Notes under the pieces: model-generated
What the model saw: only the letters and a program-made list of their open reading frames with translations
The model's database searches: none
What the model was told of the DNA's origin: nothing
Position numbers and translations under genes: made by a program
DNA from: an uncultured Aquimarina sp.
Lineage (GTDB): Bacteria > Bacteroidota > Bacteroidia > Flavobacteriales > Flavobacteriaceae
Reading direction: 5' to 3'
Assembly: GCA_947493495.1 (NCBI GenBank)
Contig: CANLRN010000016.1
Coordinates: 1,404-65,403 of the forward strand
DNA length: 64,000 nucleotides
In this document: positions 49,144-59,072 of the stretch, in pieces
Position numbering within the stretch: the first letter of the stretch is position 1
Layout of the letters: each line of letters opens with the position of its first letter

Positions 49144-49983
49144 TTAATTTTTCAAAAAATCGATAATCATATCATCTACCTCATCAAAATATAAAGAATG
49201 TCCAAAATTTTCTGTAGTGATAAACTTTACATCTTTCCAGTTATCTCTTATCTGTATAGCGCCAGAATAAGGAGCTATTTTATCATATTTATCGTGTATA
49301 AGTAAGCCTGATTGTTGTATGTCTTTGGCAAATATGGCTGTAGAAAATTCTTCGAAATAAAAACCAAATTTAGTTTTAAAATATTGACTTAATGCATTCA
49401 TAAATTTATTGGACAAACTCAATGTTTTCTGATAGTCACTCATAATAACAGCTAATTCTGTCGGAGGAGCCAATATAACTAATTTCTCTATTTCTGAATT
49501 TGGATATTTGTATTGATGGAAGATCGTGGTCATACCACCAACAGAATGTCCTATGATATGGTTAGGGCGGTATAATTCTATTATTTTTTGCAAACAATCT
49601 GTATACAAAGGTACATTTAGAATTTTTCCAGAGGAATTTCCTTGTGCTGGTGCATCAAATGCTACAATATTAAAATTTTCTTGATGTAGTTTTTCTATTA
49701 AAGTTTTCCATCGATGTGTATTACTTTCCCATCCGTGAACCATTAATATGGTTTCTCCCATATTCGGCCAGCGATAGGTTTGGATTTGATTATTTTTAAT
49801 AGCAACTATTTCATCTTCTGCTTCTTCTAGAAAATATTCTTGCTCGGGAGTTAATTTTCCTTTTCTTGGAGTACTAAAAAGCAAATAAGCCTTACGTAAT
49901 GCTTTGGTTTTATTAAACAAGAATGTAAACTGCAGACTTTTTCCTATTAGCGTAGGAATATATTTTTTGATTATTGATTTCAT
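49144..49983 (-). CDS. Alpha/beta hydrolase
   Basis: VHGWES, FDAPAQG, GHSVGG nucleophile elbow, IHDKYD and GH motifs. Start ATG 49983 overlaps the upstream stop. Confidence 0.88.
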   Translation of the reverse strand: MKSIIKKYIPTLIGKSLQFTFLFNKTKALRKAYLLFSTPRKGKLTPEQEYFLEEAEDEIVAIKNNQIQTYRWPNMGETILMVHGWESNTHRWKTLIEKLHQENFNIVAFDAPAQGNSSGKILNVPLYTDCLQKIIELYRPNHIIGHSVGGMTTIFHQYKYPNSEIEKLVILAPPTELAVIMSDYQKTLSLSNKFMNALSQYFKTKFGFYFEEFSTAIFAKDIQQSGLLIHDKYDKIAPYSGAIQIRDNWKDVKFITTENFGHSLYFDEVDDMIIDFLKN

Positions 49984-50351
49984 GTAGCTTCTCGATGTGC
50001 AGATTCTACAGAAAAAGCAGGAAGGCATATGGCTATATATTCGCATTCTTCCTCAAATGGGTTCGCGTATTGAACACGCGTATTTTTTTCTATTTTAATC
50101 GATTGACCTGTTTCCAAAATTATCGTGTCTTCTTCAATAATAAATTGTTTTTTTCCTCTGATAATATAGGTGTATTCATCGAACTCTGGAGTCTGAAAAG
50201 ATTCTTTCCAACCTGCTGGAGCAATCATATGAGCAATACTAATTTCTTTATTTCGGTCAGTAGCAGCGCCAAAATGTTCTTCTATTAATTTACCATCTGC
50301 AGTGGGGACAACAAAAGGAGATTTCTGAACCATATATTTTTTAGACTTCAT
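49980..50351 (-). CDS. Cupin domain protein
   Basis: IEEHFG, SIAHMIAPAGW.E.FQTPEFDEYT and YIAICLPAFS motifs. Confidence 0.8.
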   Translation of the reverse strand: MKSKKYMVQKSPFVVPTADGKLIEEHFGAATDRNKEISIAHMIAPAGWKESFQTPEFDEYTYIIRGKKQFIIEEDTIILETGQSIKIEKNTRVQYANPFEEECEYIAICLPAFSVESAHREAT

Positions 50352-50368
50352 ATATCATAGTGCTAAAT

Positions 50369-50935
50369 TTAGTTTTCGTCCCAACTGATCAAAAAGTGCT
50401 TGATTTTGGCAGAATCAGGAATTTTTGCAGCTTCAATTTTTACATCAGTAGTAAACTTTAATTCACTAGGTAATTCTTTTTTATCAATAGTTAAATATGC
50501 CTGAATACTATCTACAAATATTACAGCTGCACTTAAGGTATTATTAATTTTAGAAATCGTATAATGATCCTTAATATCCCTAAACACTCCATCAGCTGAT
50601 AAGCCAGAAATAGTATGATATCTAGCATCTATTACTTGTATGTTTTTAATGGTGGATGTAGGATCAGATTTCTGTCTCGCTTCGAGAATTAATAACTTAT
50701 TACCTCCTTTTTCATAGATTTCGATTTCGTCTTTAGTATTCAAAAGGTGCACATCGGCAGCTTTTCTAATGATCGAGTCATTTGCATAAATAGAATCTAA
50801 TTGCTGTATTCTGGTCGTATTAGTTAAATACCCAATTCTATATCTTGATATTTCGAAAGGGTCTTGTTTCTCTCCTTTTTGGCAACTCAAAGAAAGTATA
50901 CTAATCAGAAGTATTAGTAATGTTTTTTGGTACAT
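50369..50935 (-). CDS. Hypothetical lipoprotein
   Basis: Lipobox LSLSC; 188-aa ORF co-oriented with its neighbours. Confidence 0.7.
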   Translation of the reverse strand: MYQKTLLILLISILSLSCQKGEKQDPFEISRYRIGYLTNTTRIQQLDSIYANDSIIRKAADVHLLNTKDEIEIYEKGGNKLLILEARQKSDPTSTIKNIQVIDARYHTISGLSADGVFRDIKDHYTISKINNTLSAAVIFVDSIQAYLTIDKKELPSELKFTTDVKIEAAKIPDSAKIKHFLISWDEN

Positions 50936-50976
50936 CGTTAGTTCATTTAAATAATTAGTTTATGTAATAACGAAAA

Positions 50977-52512
50977 TTATTTCAATAACTTATTTAGTAC
51001 ACCTAAAGCTCCTCTGATAAAAGTAGCACTGGTTAGTACTTTAATAACAGCTTTCTCTGCGGTACTTGATTTCTTGTTTGTTGAGCGAGAGCGAGATGCG
51101 GGTTTATTTAGTTTTTCTCTTTCTTTTTTTGCTGCTTCTTTAGCTTCTACAGCTTCAGCTTTTTCTATTTTTTTATTCAAAATCTCATAAGCGCTCTCTC
51201 TATCTATATCTTCATTATATTTATCAATCAATGTCGATTTTTTTAGCAGATCATCTAATTCTTTCTTGCTAAGTATATCCATCCTACTCATAGGAGCTCT
51301 AAGCATGGTTGCTGCTAGTGGAGTTGGTCGTCCTTTTTCATCTAATGCAGACACTAATGCCTCTCCGATCCCTAAAGATGTTAACACCTCTTTAGTATCA
51401 TAATAATCGGAGATTGGATAATTCTCTGCTGTAAGTTTGATTGCTTTTCTATCCTTAGCGGTAAAAGCTCTTAATGCGTGTTGTACTTTTAGTCCTAATT
51501 GACTTAATACTCCATCTGGGACATCAGTTGGGTTTTGCGTAACAAAATACAACCCTACACCTTTAGAGCGAATGAGTTTTACTATATTTTCTATTTGATC
51601 CATTAATGCATTAGAAGCTTGCTTAAAAATAAGATGAGCTTCATCCAGAAAAATAACAAGCTCTGGTTGTTCACTATCGCCTTGCTCCGGGAATGTACTG
51701 TAGACTTCTGCTAATAAACTAAGCATAAAAGTAGAAAACAGTTTAGGTTTATCTTGGATATCTGTTAACCTCAAGATATTGATATATCCTCTACCATTAT
51801 CATCCACTCTACATAGATCATTGACCTCAAAAGAATGTTCGCCAAAAAAAAGATCCGCACCTTGTTGTTCTAGTTCTACAATTTTACGTAGAATAGAACC
51901 TGTAGATGCTGTAGAAATTCTACCATAGTCTTTTTCTAATTCTTCTTTACCTTCTCTGGTAGCAAACTGTAATACCTTTTTTAAATCTTTAAGATCTAGT
52001 AACGGTAACTTATTGTCATCGCAATACTTAAATATAATGGCTATAATTCCAGCTTGTGTTTCCGTTACATCAAGAATTCTAGAAAATAAAACAGGACCAA
52101 ATTCACTTACAGTAGCTTTTAGCCTAACTCCTTCTTGTTCTGACAAAGAAAGAATTTCTACTGGAAAATCTTTAGCCTGAAATGGAATACCGATTTTTTC
52201 GTGACGCTCATCAATTTTAGGATGTCCAGGACTGGCAGCAGCAAGACCACTTAAATCTCCTTTTATATCCATAAGTAAAACAGGTATTCCCTTTTCACTT
52301 AAATTTTCTGCCAATATTTGCAATGTTTTTGTTTTTCCAGTACCCGTAGCTCCAGCTATAAGTCCATGTCTATTTAGGGTTTTTAAAGGGATTTTTACAT
52401 GGGCATCAGTTACCGTTTCTCCATTATGCATGGCAGCACCTAATGCTATAAAATCACCTTTGGTAGTATACCCAGTTTGGATATGATCAAAAAATTCTTG
52501 ATGAGTACTCAT
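50977..52512 (-). CDS. DUF853/HerA-like P-loop ATPase
   Basis: NRHGLIAGATGTGKTKT (Walker A), DIKGDLSG, FLDEAHL and IRSKGVGLYFVTQNP motifs. Confidence 0.9.
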   Translation of the reverse strand: MSTHQEFFDHIQTGYTTKGDFIALGAAMHNGETVTDAHVKIPLKTLNRHGLIAGATGTGKTKTLQILAENLSEKGIPVLLMDIKGDLSGLAAASPGHPKIDERHEKIGIPFQAKDFPVEILSLSEQEGVRLKATVSEFGPVLFSRILDVTETQAGIIAIIFKYCDDNKLPLLDLKDLKKVLQFATREGKEELEKDYGRISTASTGSILRKIVELEQQGADLFFGEHSFEVNDLCRVDDNGRGYINILRLTDIQDKPKLFSTFMLSLLAEVYSTFPEQGDSEQPELVIFLDEAHLIFKQASNALMDQIENIVKLIRSKGVGLYFVTQNPTDVPDGVLSQLGLKVQHALRAFTAKDRKAIKLTAENYPISDYYDTKEVLTSLGIGEALVSALDEKGRPTPLAATMLRAPMSRMDILSKKELDDLLKKSTLIDKYNEDIDRESAYEILNKKIEKAEAVEAKEAAKKEREKLNKPASRSRSTNKKSSTAEKAVIKVLTSATFIRGALGVLNKLLK

Positions 52513-52687
52513 AATTATTATAAATTTTTATAAAGAAGCTATTCAAAAATAGGAATCTTAATGATTCTAGCGAAACGAATAGGATGTTGTTTTTTATAAT
52601 CCGTCTATAATTGATAAAAAAATAATATGCTTCTGATTAATTTATGATACTGTTTTATGTATATTGAGCATACTTATTTTTTATATT

Positions 52688-53137
52688 ATGAAACATTTTT
52701 TCTCATTGATCTGTATCCTATCTTTACTTATTAGTTGCAAAACTGAAAACACTAACCCTACAGCTATTTTTCATAAAACCCATGAACCTAAAAAAGTAAA
52801 TGCTCCATTTTCTGATGCAGTTCAGGTTGGAAATCTATTTTTCCTTTCTGGCCAAGTAGGAATGGATCATACCACAAGAAAATTAGTACCAGGAGGCATC
52901 AAAGCAGAAACAAAAAAGGTGTTAGAAAATATAAAGGAGGTATTAGCTCAACATCAAATGACTATGGACAATGTAGTGAAGTGTACTGTAATTCTTTCTG
53001 ATATTGATGATTTTTCTGCTTTTAATCAGGTATATACTACATATTTCCCGCAAAAGCCTGCGCGTACTACTTTTGCGGCCAGTGGATTGGCTGTAGGAGC
53101 TAAAATAGAAATAGAGTGTATTGCTGCTAGATATTAG
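52688..53137 (+). CDS. Rid (YjgF/YER057c/UK114) family protein with N-terminal lipoprotein signal
   Basis: PFSDAV..GNLFFLSGQVG, VVKCTVIL, FNQVY, PARTT and KIEIECIA motifs; N-terminus MKHFFSLICILSLLISC. Confidence 0.85.
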   Translation: MKHFFSLICILSLLISCKTENTNPTAIFHKTHEPKKVNAPFSDAVQVGNLFFLSGQVGMDHTTRKLVPGGIKAETKKVLENIKEVLAQHQMTMDNVVKCTVILSDIDDFSAFNQVYTTYFPQKPARTTFAASGLAVGAKIEIECIAARY

Positions 53138-53208
53138 CAAACCATAGATAGCTAATCTCACTCCAAAATTCGTGATTCATAATTTTTATTATTTACCTTT
53201 GCATCCTT

Positions 53209-53838
53209 ATGCTAGAAAGTACAGAAAAGTTAGTTGCAGAGGGTAAAATGCTTCCTCTTATGGAAGAGTTCTATACGATACAAGGTGAAGGGTATCATAA
53301 AGGAACTGCAGCCTATTTTATTAGGATTGGAGGATGTGATGTTGGTTGTCATTGGTGTGATGTAAAAGAAAGTTGGAATGCTGATCTACACCCTCCTACA
53401 GATACAAATACTATTGTAACAAAAGCAATCGCTTATAGTAATGTCATTGTAGTTACCGGAGGAGAACCACTCACATGGGATATGACTGTCTTAACTGATA
53501 CACTAAAACGCAAAGGTGCTACAACACATATAGAAACATCTGGAGCTTATCCGCTAACGGGAACATGGGATTGGGTTTGCCTCTCTCCCAAAAAAACAAA
53601 GTTGCCAGTTACAGAAATTTATAACAAAGCAAATGAGTTAAAATGTATCATCTATAATAAAGATGATTTTAAATTTGCTGAAGAACAAGCTGCTCAAGTT
53701 TCTAATGATTGTATATTATATCTGCAACCCGAATGGAGTGTTAGAGAAAAGGTAATTCCGCTAATTGTTGAGTATGTGATGAAAAAGCCAGAATGGAAAG
53801 TATCTTTACAGACTCATAAATACCTGAATATTCCATAA
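53209..53838 (+). CDS. queE: 7-carboxy-7-deazaguanine synthase (radical SAM)
   Basis: FYTIQGEG, FIRIGGCDVGCHWCD (CxxxCxxC), TGGEP, IETSG and SLQTHKYL motifs. TACCTTTG -7 element at 53194-53201. Confidence 0.93.
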   Translation: MLESTEKLVAEGKMLPLMEEFYTIQGEGYHKGTAAYFIRIGGCDVGCHWCDVKESWNADLHPPTDTNTIVTKAIAYSNVIVVTGGEPLTWDMTVLTDTLKRKGATTHIETSGAYPLTGTWDWVCLSPKKTKLPVTEIYNKANELKCIIYNKDDFKFAEEQAAQVSNDCILYLQPEWSVREKVIPLIVEYVMKKPEWKVSLQTHKYLNIP

Positions 53839-54120
53839 TTAGCTTTTTTATAGTACTAGTTTTGTCGTTTTTTAGAGTTTTTTTAAAACTAGCAAACATC
53901 ATATTACGGATATTCCATACATAAAAGGGAAATATCCCTTAAAAATACTATTAAAAATGAAAGAAAAATACTATAATAATATTTAATAAAATTTAATATT
54001 TTGTTTTTTATCGATTAAATTATTTATTTCATGTGTAAAATTAAGTATTTTGACATTTAATTTTAAAATTATAAAATATTGTTGTTAAATTTACAGTAAG
54101 TAATTTAAAATCAATATACT

Positions 54121-54207
54121 ATGAGGAGTTTTTACACTATTTTTAAATTAGTAATTAATTTTATTAAAGAACTACCTGCAGCATCAAGTCATGTAATACG
54201 CCATTAA
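54121..54207 (+). CDS. Unannotated 28-aa microprotein A: MRSFYTIFKLVINFIKELPAASSHVIRH
   Basis: Hand translation; paralog of 54721-54819; A-rich leader (TAAAATCAATATACT-ATG); hairpin downstream. Confidence 0.6.
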   Translation: MRSFYTIFKLVINFIKELPAASSHVIRH

Positions 54208-54245
54208 TATGGTACTACTATTACATATGCTAAACGCAAGTAATC

Positions 54246-54277
54246 AAAGAGGTTTTCAGTTTGATAACCTCTTTTTT
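54246..54277 (+). terminator. Intrinsic terminator after microprotein A
   Basis: AAAGAGGTT...AACCTCTTT stem followed by a T tract. Confidence 0.6.
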
Positions 54278-54685
54278 GTGTCCTTATAAAAGGAGGTGTA
54301 TATTCTATTGACAGATTAGCTGGATAATAATCAATTCTTTTTTGTACTAAAAAAGCAGGTTCTTATAAAAATTAAAGTACTATTTAATAGTATATAGTAC
54401 TTGCATATAACTCTTCTATTGTATTTTAAAAAAATTGAAAGAATTATCTTCTATAAGTAAACAGGAATTATAAACAGCTGAAAAGGTATTTTACATAGAT
54501 AATCAACAAAAAAACCGTAAATAACATCATTATAATTGAGAATATGTTAAAAAATAATACATTTTACATATATATTATCACTTGATTACATTAATAATTA
54601 CGTCATTAATCTATAAAATATGTATTTTTATCTAAAAAATAATACTGAAATTGTTAAAAGTATTGATTTAAGGCTGTGTAGATTA

Positions 54686-54693
54686 TATATTTG
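54686..54693 (+). promoter_or_regulatory. -7 promoter element for microprotein B
   Basis: TATATTTG with TTG at 54663-54665 (20-nt spacer), 28 nt upstream of ATG 54721. TAAATTTA occupies the identical offset (54086-54093) before microprotein A. Confidence 0.55.
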
Positions 54694-54720
54694 TATAACT
54701 TATTAAAATTAAATATTATT

Positions 54721-54819
54721 ATGGGGCTATTTTACACTAAATTCAGATTAACATTTAGAATTGTTATGGATTTTCTAAAAGATCTACCAGCAGCATCAAG
54801 TAATGCTATGCGTAGATAA
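54721..54819 (+). CDS. Unannotated 32-aa microprotein B: MGLFYTKFRLTFRIVMDFLKDLPAASSNAMRR
   Basis: Hand translation; shares FYTxFxL and (E/D)LPAASS with 54121-54207; consensus promoter upstream. Confidence 0.65.
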   Translation: MGLFYTKFRLTFRIVMDFLKDLPAASSNAMRR

Positions 54820-55034
54820 TTTTTCATGTTTCGATAATTGTTAAGTATCAGTAAGAATTTTTCGATACATAAGGACACTAGTTCTTGGGGTACATCATTA
54901 ATACTCATACTTACAATTGTATTTCTTATCATTCTATATTCATTGATGATAGGATAGCATACTAATCTATATGTCTTAATCTAGGAAAAATTGTTTTGTA
55001 TAAACAATTAAATGTTTAATAATTTTAATCCAAT

Positions 55035-55071
55035 AAAAAAAGCGAGGATACTTAATCTGTATCTTCGCTTT
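55035..55071 (-). terminator. Intrinsic terminator downstream of the DUF2911 gene
   Basis: AAAGCGAGGATAC...GTATCTTCGCTTT stem; the A tract on the left reads as a U tract on the minus strand. Confidence 0.75.
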
Positions 55072-55128
55072 ATGATATATACTAGTACTATATTATATTA
55101 ATACACTAGACTACTTAATACTTATCTA

Positions 55129-55662
55129 TTACATATAAAATGGAACCTCAACTCTAGTCGTTTCCCATCCCATTACCATATGATATCCTTTGTCTACTTT
55201 CTTAAAAGCAATTGAGAAAGCTTCTATCTCTTCGCCTGTTGCTGCTGGAACTTTTATTCTTGCTACATCATTACTCTCATTATAAGAGTATGCACCCCAT
55301 ACATCTAGGTCAGAACTTAAAATAATTGTCCATTCTTTTTCTCCTGGGATTGTAAACAAAGAGTACGTACCTGCTTTTACAGCCTTATCTCCCATTTTTA
55401 CATCTTGATACAATTTTATTTCTGTTGCTTCGTCTGCTCCTGTTCTCCAAACTTTTCCGTATGCTACTTTGTCGCCTAGCATAGTTCTCCCTTTCTTTTG
55501 GGGTCTGCTATAAATAACCTTAATTTCTGGTTTCGCATTTCTATCAGCCTTGGCATAAGAAATATCGGTAGGACTCTTTTGTAACCCTTTAAATTTTTGG
55601 GCTTGTATGCCTGTTACTGTTCCTAAAAACATAATAACTGCAAGTAAAAGTGATTTTTTCAT
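55129..55662 (-). CDS. DUF2911 family exported protein
   Basis: SP..., YSRPQKKGR, YGKVWRTGADEAT, GTYSLFTIP and MGWETT motifs; signal peptide from ATG 55662. Confidence 0.88.
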   Translation of the reverse strand: MKKSLLLAVIMFLGTVTGIQAQKFKGLQKSPTDISYAKADRNAKPEIKVIYSRPQKKGRTMLGDKVAYGKVWRTGADEATEIKLYQDVKMGDKAVKAGTYSLFTIPGEKEWTIILSSDLDVWGAYSYNESNDVARIKVPAATGEEIEAFSIAFKKVDKGYHMVMGWETTRVEVPFYM

Positions 55663-56056
55663 GATCTGTGAATTTATTTTTTTTAATAGGCGTAAAGATA
55701 TCTGTGAACTTACATACAAAATGTTAATCCCCTCATTAAATTGTGTTAAAATGAAATGCAACAAATTTTCGTTTTCTTTTTAAACCATAATTGATATAAA
55801 CTGTAACTACAGAAAAAGAATGAATGTTTTTCTAGTAAGACTCCTCAAATTTATAATTACAAAAATTCGCTTTATACCCATAAAATGTTTTCCTATCAAC
55901 TTGTTAGTATTTTTTACTCAAAACTTCATTTTAGTTTATTTTTGTTTCAAAAAAACATAATATTGTTTCATTTTATAACTAATATTTAATTATTGTTTAT
56001 ATTTTAAAACTATTTAATCATCTTTGACTTCTTAATTAATAGAATATATAAAAATT

Positions 56057-57721
56057 ATGTGCGGAATTGTTTGTGCTTTTGATTTGAAAGAAAAAACAGA
56101 GGTCTTAAGACCTCAATTATTAGAGATGTCAAAAAAGATACGTCATAGAGGGCCTGATTGGAGTGGGATTTATTCAGATATTAATGTTATTATGGCACAT
56201 GAACGATTGGCCATTGTAGATCCTGTTTCTGGGAAACAACCCTTATTTAGCGATGATAAAAAAATAATACTAGCTGCAAACGGAGAGATCTATAATCATA
56301 GGGATATTCGCAAACAGTTTGAAGGAAAGTACAATTTTCAGACTGCATCTGATTGTGAAGTAATTTTAGCATTATATAAAGAGAAAGGGACTGCATTTTT
56401 AGATGATCTTAGTGGTATTTTTGCATTCGCATTATATGACCAAGAAAATGATTCGTATCTGATTGCAAGAGACCATATGGGGATAATTCCTTTATATATG
56501 GGATGGGATCAGAATGGTACTTTTTATGTAGGATCAGAATTAAAAGCCCTTGAAGGGGTTTGCACTAAAATTGAACTATTCCCTCCAGGACACTTTTTAG
56601 ATAGTAAATCAGGGGAATTAGAAAAATGGTATGTTAGAGATTGGACTGATTTTGAAGCTGTAAAAGAGAATCAAACCAGTATTGATGAACTAAGAGATGC
56701 TCTAGAAGCCGCGGTGCATAGACAATTAATGTCTGATGTACCCTATGGAGTGTTATTATCAGGAGGACTTGATTCTTCTGTTACTTCTGCGGTTGCCAAA
56801 AAATATGCAGAAAAAAGAATAGAATCTGGAGATACCAAAGATGCGTGGTGGCCTCAATTACATTCTTTCTCGGTAGGACTAGAAGGATCTCCTGATCTGG
56901 CTGCTGCTCAAAAAGTAGCAGATCATATAGGAACTGTGCATCACGAAATCAAATTTACGATACAAGAAGGTCTGGATGCAATTAAAGATGTTATTTATAA
57001 TCTAGAAACCTATGATATTACCACCATTAGAGCTAGTACACCTATGTATTTGATGGCTCGGGTCATTAAGTCTATGGGAGTAAAAATGGTGCTTTCTGGC
57101 GAAGGGGCGGATGAGATATTTGGTGGATATCTGTATTTTCATAAAGCGCCAAATGCGCAAGAGTTTCACGAAGAAACAGTACGTAAGTTAGACAAATTGC
57201 ATATGTATGATTGTCTACGCGCCAATAAATCCTTGGCAGCTTGGGGAATCGAAGGTAGAGTTCCTTTTCTGGATAAAGAATTTATGGATGTAGCGATGCG
57301 AATCAATCCACAAGATAAAATGATCAATGGAGAGCGAATGGAGAAATGGGTGATCCGCAAGGCATTTGAATCCTATTTGCCAGAAAGTGTAGCCTGGAGA
57401 CAGAAAGAGCAGTTCTCTGATGGAGTGGGATACAGCTGGATAGATACCCTAAAAGAAGTAGTAGAAACAGAAGTAACGGATGAGCAAATGGCAAATGCGC
57501 ATTTTAGATTCCCTATACAGACCCCTCAAAACAAAGAAGAATTTTATTACAGAACCATTTTCGAAGGTCATTTTCCGAGTGATGCAGCAGCCTTAAGTGT
57601 ACCACAAGAGCCTTCTGTAGCTTGTAGTACTAAAATAGCATTAGAATGGGATGAAGCTTTTAAAAATATGAATGATCCTAGTGGTAGAGCGGTAGCCAAT
57701 GTTCATGATGAGGCATATTAG
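56057..57721 (+). CDS. asnB: Asparagine synthetase B (glutamine-hydrolysing)
   Basis: N-terminal MCGI, RHRGPDWSG, HERLAIVD, NGEIYNH, LLSGGLDSS, SGEGADE and WRQKEQFSDGVG motifs. Confidence 0.97.
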   Translation: MCGIVCAFDLKEKTEVLRPQLLEMSKKIRHRGPDWSGIYSDINVIMAHERLAIVDPVSGKQPLFSDDKKIILAANGEIYNHRDIRKQFEGKYNFQTASDCEVILALYKEKGTAFLDDLSGIFAFALYDQENDSYLIARDHMGIIPLYMGWDQNGTFYVGSELKALEGVCTKIELFPPGHFLDSKSGELEKWYVRDWTDFEAVKENQTSIDELRDALEAAVHRQLMSDVPYGVLLSGGLDSSVTSAVAKKYAEKRIESGDTKDAWWPQLHSFSVGLEGSPDLAAAQKVADHIGTVHHEIKFTIQEGLDAIKDVIYNLETYDITTIRASTPMYLMARVIKSMGVKMVLSGEGADEIFGGYLYFHKAPNAQEFHEETVRKLDKLHMYDCLRANKSLAAWGIEGRVPFLDKEFMDVAMRINPQDKMINGERMEKWVIRKAFESYLPESVAWRQKEQFSDGVGYSWIDTLKEVVETEVTDEQMANAHFRFPIQTPQNKEEFYYRTIFEGHFPSDAAALSVPQEPSVACSTKIALEWDEAFKNMNDPSGRAVANVHDEAY

Positions 57722-57871
57722 CTATTATAAATCTTGAAATAAAGGCGTATTTATATGTATGCGATTCATTTGTGTAGCCCTTTGTTTTTAGATATCTAAG
57801 TCAATTAAACTAAGAAATATCAGTACACCTTAGCAGATAAATTTTGCTAAGGTTTTTCTTATATTTAGCAT

Positions 57872-58888
57872 ATGCTACAACTTGTATTACAGAAATTTGA
57901 TATCCCACTACAACATCCTTTTAGAACCTCTAGATATACTGTAGCATTACAGAAAACTTGTATTATCTCCATTTCTTGTGGCACTTATACAGGTTATGGA
58001 GAAGCAACTGTAAATCCGTATTATCAGAGTACAGTAGATAAGATAGAAGCGTCTATAAAAAAGGTAACTCATATGGTTACAGATGCAGCGCTAATGCATC
58101 CCTCAGAATTATGGGAGTTGTTAAAAAAGCCTCTTACGCATGACTATTTTTCACTTTGTGCTATAGATTGTGCTTTTTGGGATTGGTTTGCTCAAAAAAA
58201 TAAAATTCCACTCAGGCAATTCTGGAGCAGATCGGAGCTGCATATACCCAAAACAAATTACACCATTGGGATGGATAGCATTGCAGTGATGAAGAAAAAA
58301 ATCGAGGAATTTCCGTGGCCAATTTACAAAATCAAATTAGGAACAGACACTGATATAGAAATCATTAGGGCATTAAGATCCATAACTGATGCCGTATTTA
58401 GAATAGATGCCAATTGTGCGTGGACTGCAACAGAAACTATACAAAATTCGATTGTTTTAAAAGAATTAGGAGTAGAATTTATAGAACAGCCTCTTAAGGC
58501 ATCTGCCTTAGAAGCTATGCTAGATGTAAAAAAGAAATCATCGCTACCTATTATCGCTGATGAAAGTTGCCAGCGAGAAGAAGATATTGATATATGTCAA
58601 AAGTCTTTTGATGGCATTAATATCAAATTGATGAAATGTGGAGGCATTACTCCTGCGCTAAGAATGATCGAAAAAGCAAGAAAAGCAAATCTTTTGGTAA
58701 TGATGGGGTGTATGACCGAATCCTCTATCGGAATATCCTCTTTATGTCAGTTAGCACCTCTTTTGGATTATATTGATGCAGATGGCGCCATGTTACTTAA
58801 AAATGATATTGCAAAAGGCGTGCAGTTTTCTAATGGTGCTATTGTTTTTTCTTCTACTAATGGAGCTGGATCTCAGTTATTGAAATAA
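57872..58888 (+). CDS. Dipeptide (L-Ala-D/L-Glu) epimerase, enolase superfamily
   Basis: YKIKLG, RIDANCAW, EFIEQP, IIADES, INIKLMKCGG and DYIDADG motifs. Confidence 0.88.
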   Translation: MLQLVLQKFDIPLQHPFRTSRYTVALQKTCIISISCGTYTGYGEATVNPYYQSTVDKIEASIKKVTHMVTDAALMHPSELWELLKKPLTHDYFSLCAIDCAFWDWFAQKNKIPLRQFWSRSELHIPKTNYTIGMDSIAVMKKKIEEFPWPIYKIKLGTDTDIEIIRALRSITDAVFRIDANCAWTATETIQNSIVLKELGVEFIEQPLKASALEAMLDVKKKSSLPIIADESCQREEDIDICQKSFDGINIKLMKCGGITPALRMIEKARKANLLVMMGCMTESSIGISSLCQLAPLLDYIDADGAMLLKNDIAKGVQFSNGAIVFSSTNGAGSQLLK

Positions 58889-59072
58889 CGAAATCGGAAA
58901 AACGAAATTCATCCTTATTAAAAAGCAAAAAGAATATGACAAAGGGCTTAAAATTGTTTATTCAAAGGATACTTTTTTCGCATTCTATGGAATTAGGTAT
59001 TCACTTTCGCTTAATAATGAATTAGAAATAGAAGCGTGTGAGAATGGAACTGATCAACGGTGTGTTAAAGCT

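Noticed and set aside
53209-53838. Radical SAM enzyme next to the microproteins as a possible RiPP maturase
   Set aside because: Motifs, size and lack of a SPASM or RRE region identify it as housekeeping QueE.
54732-54932. 66-aa minus-strand ORF overlapping microprotein B
   Set aside because: The equivalent antisense frame over copy A hits a stop (CGT ATT ACA TGA), so the shared sequence is constrained on the + strand. Treated as a shadow ORF, though an antisense RNA is not excluded.
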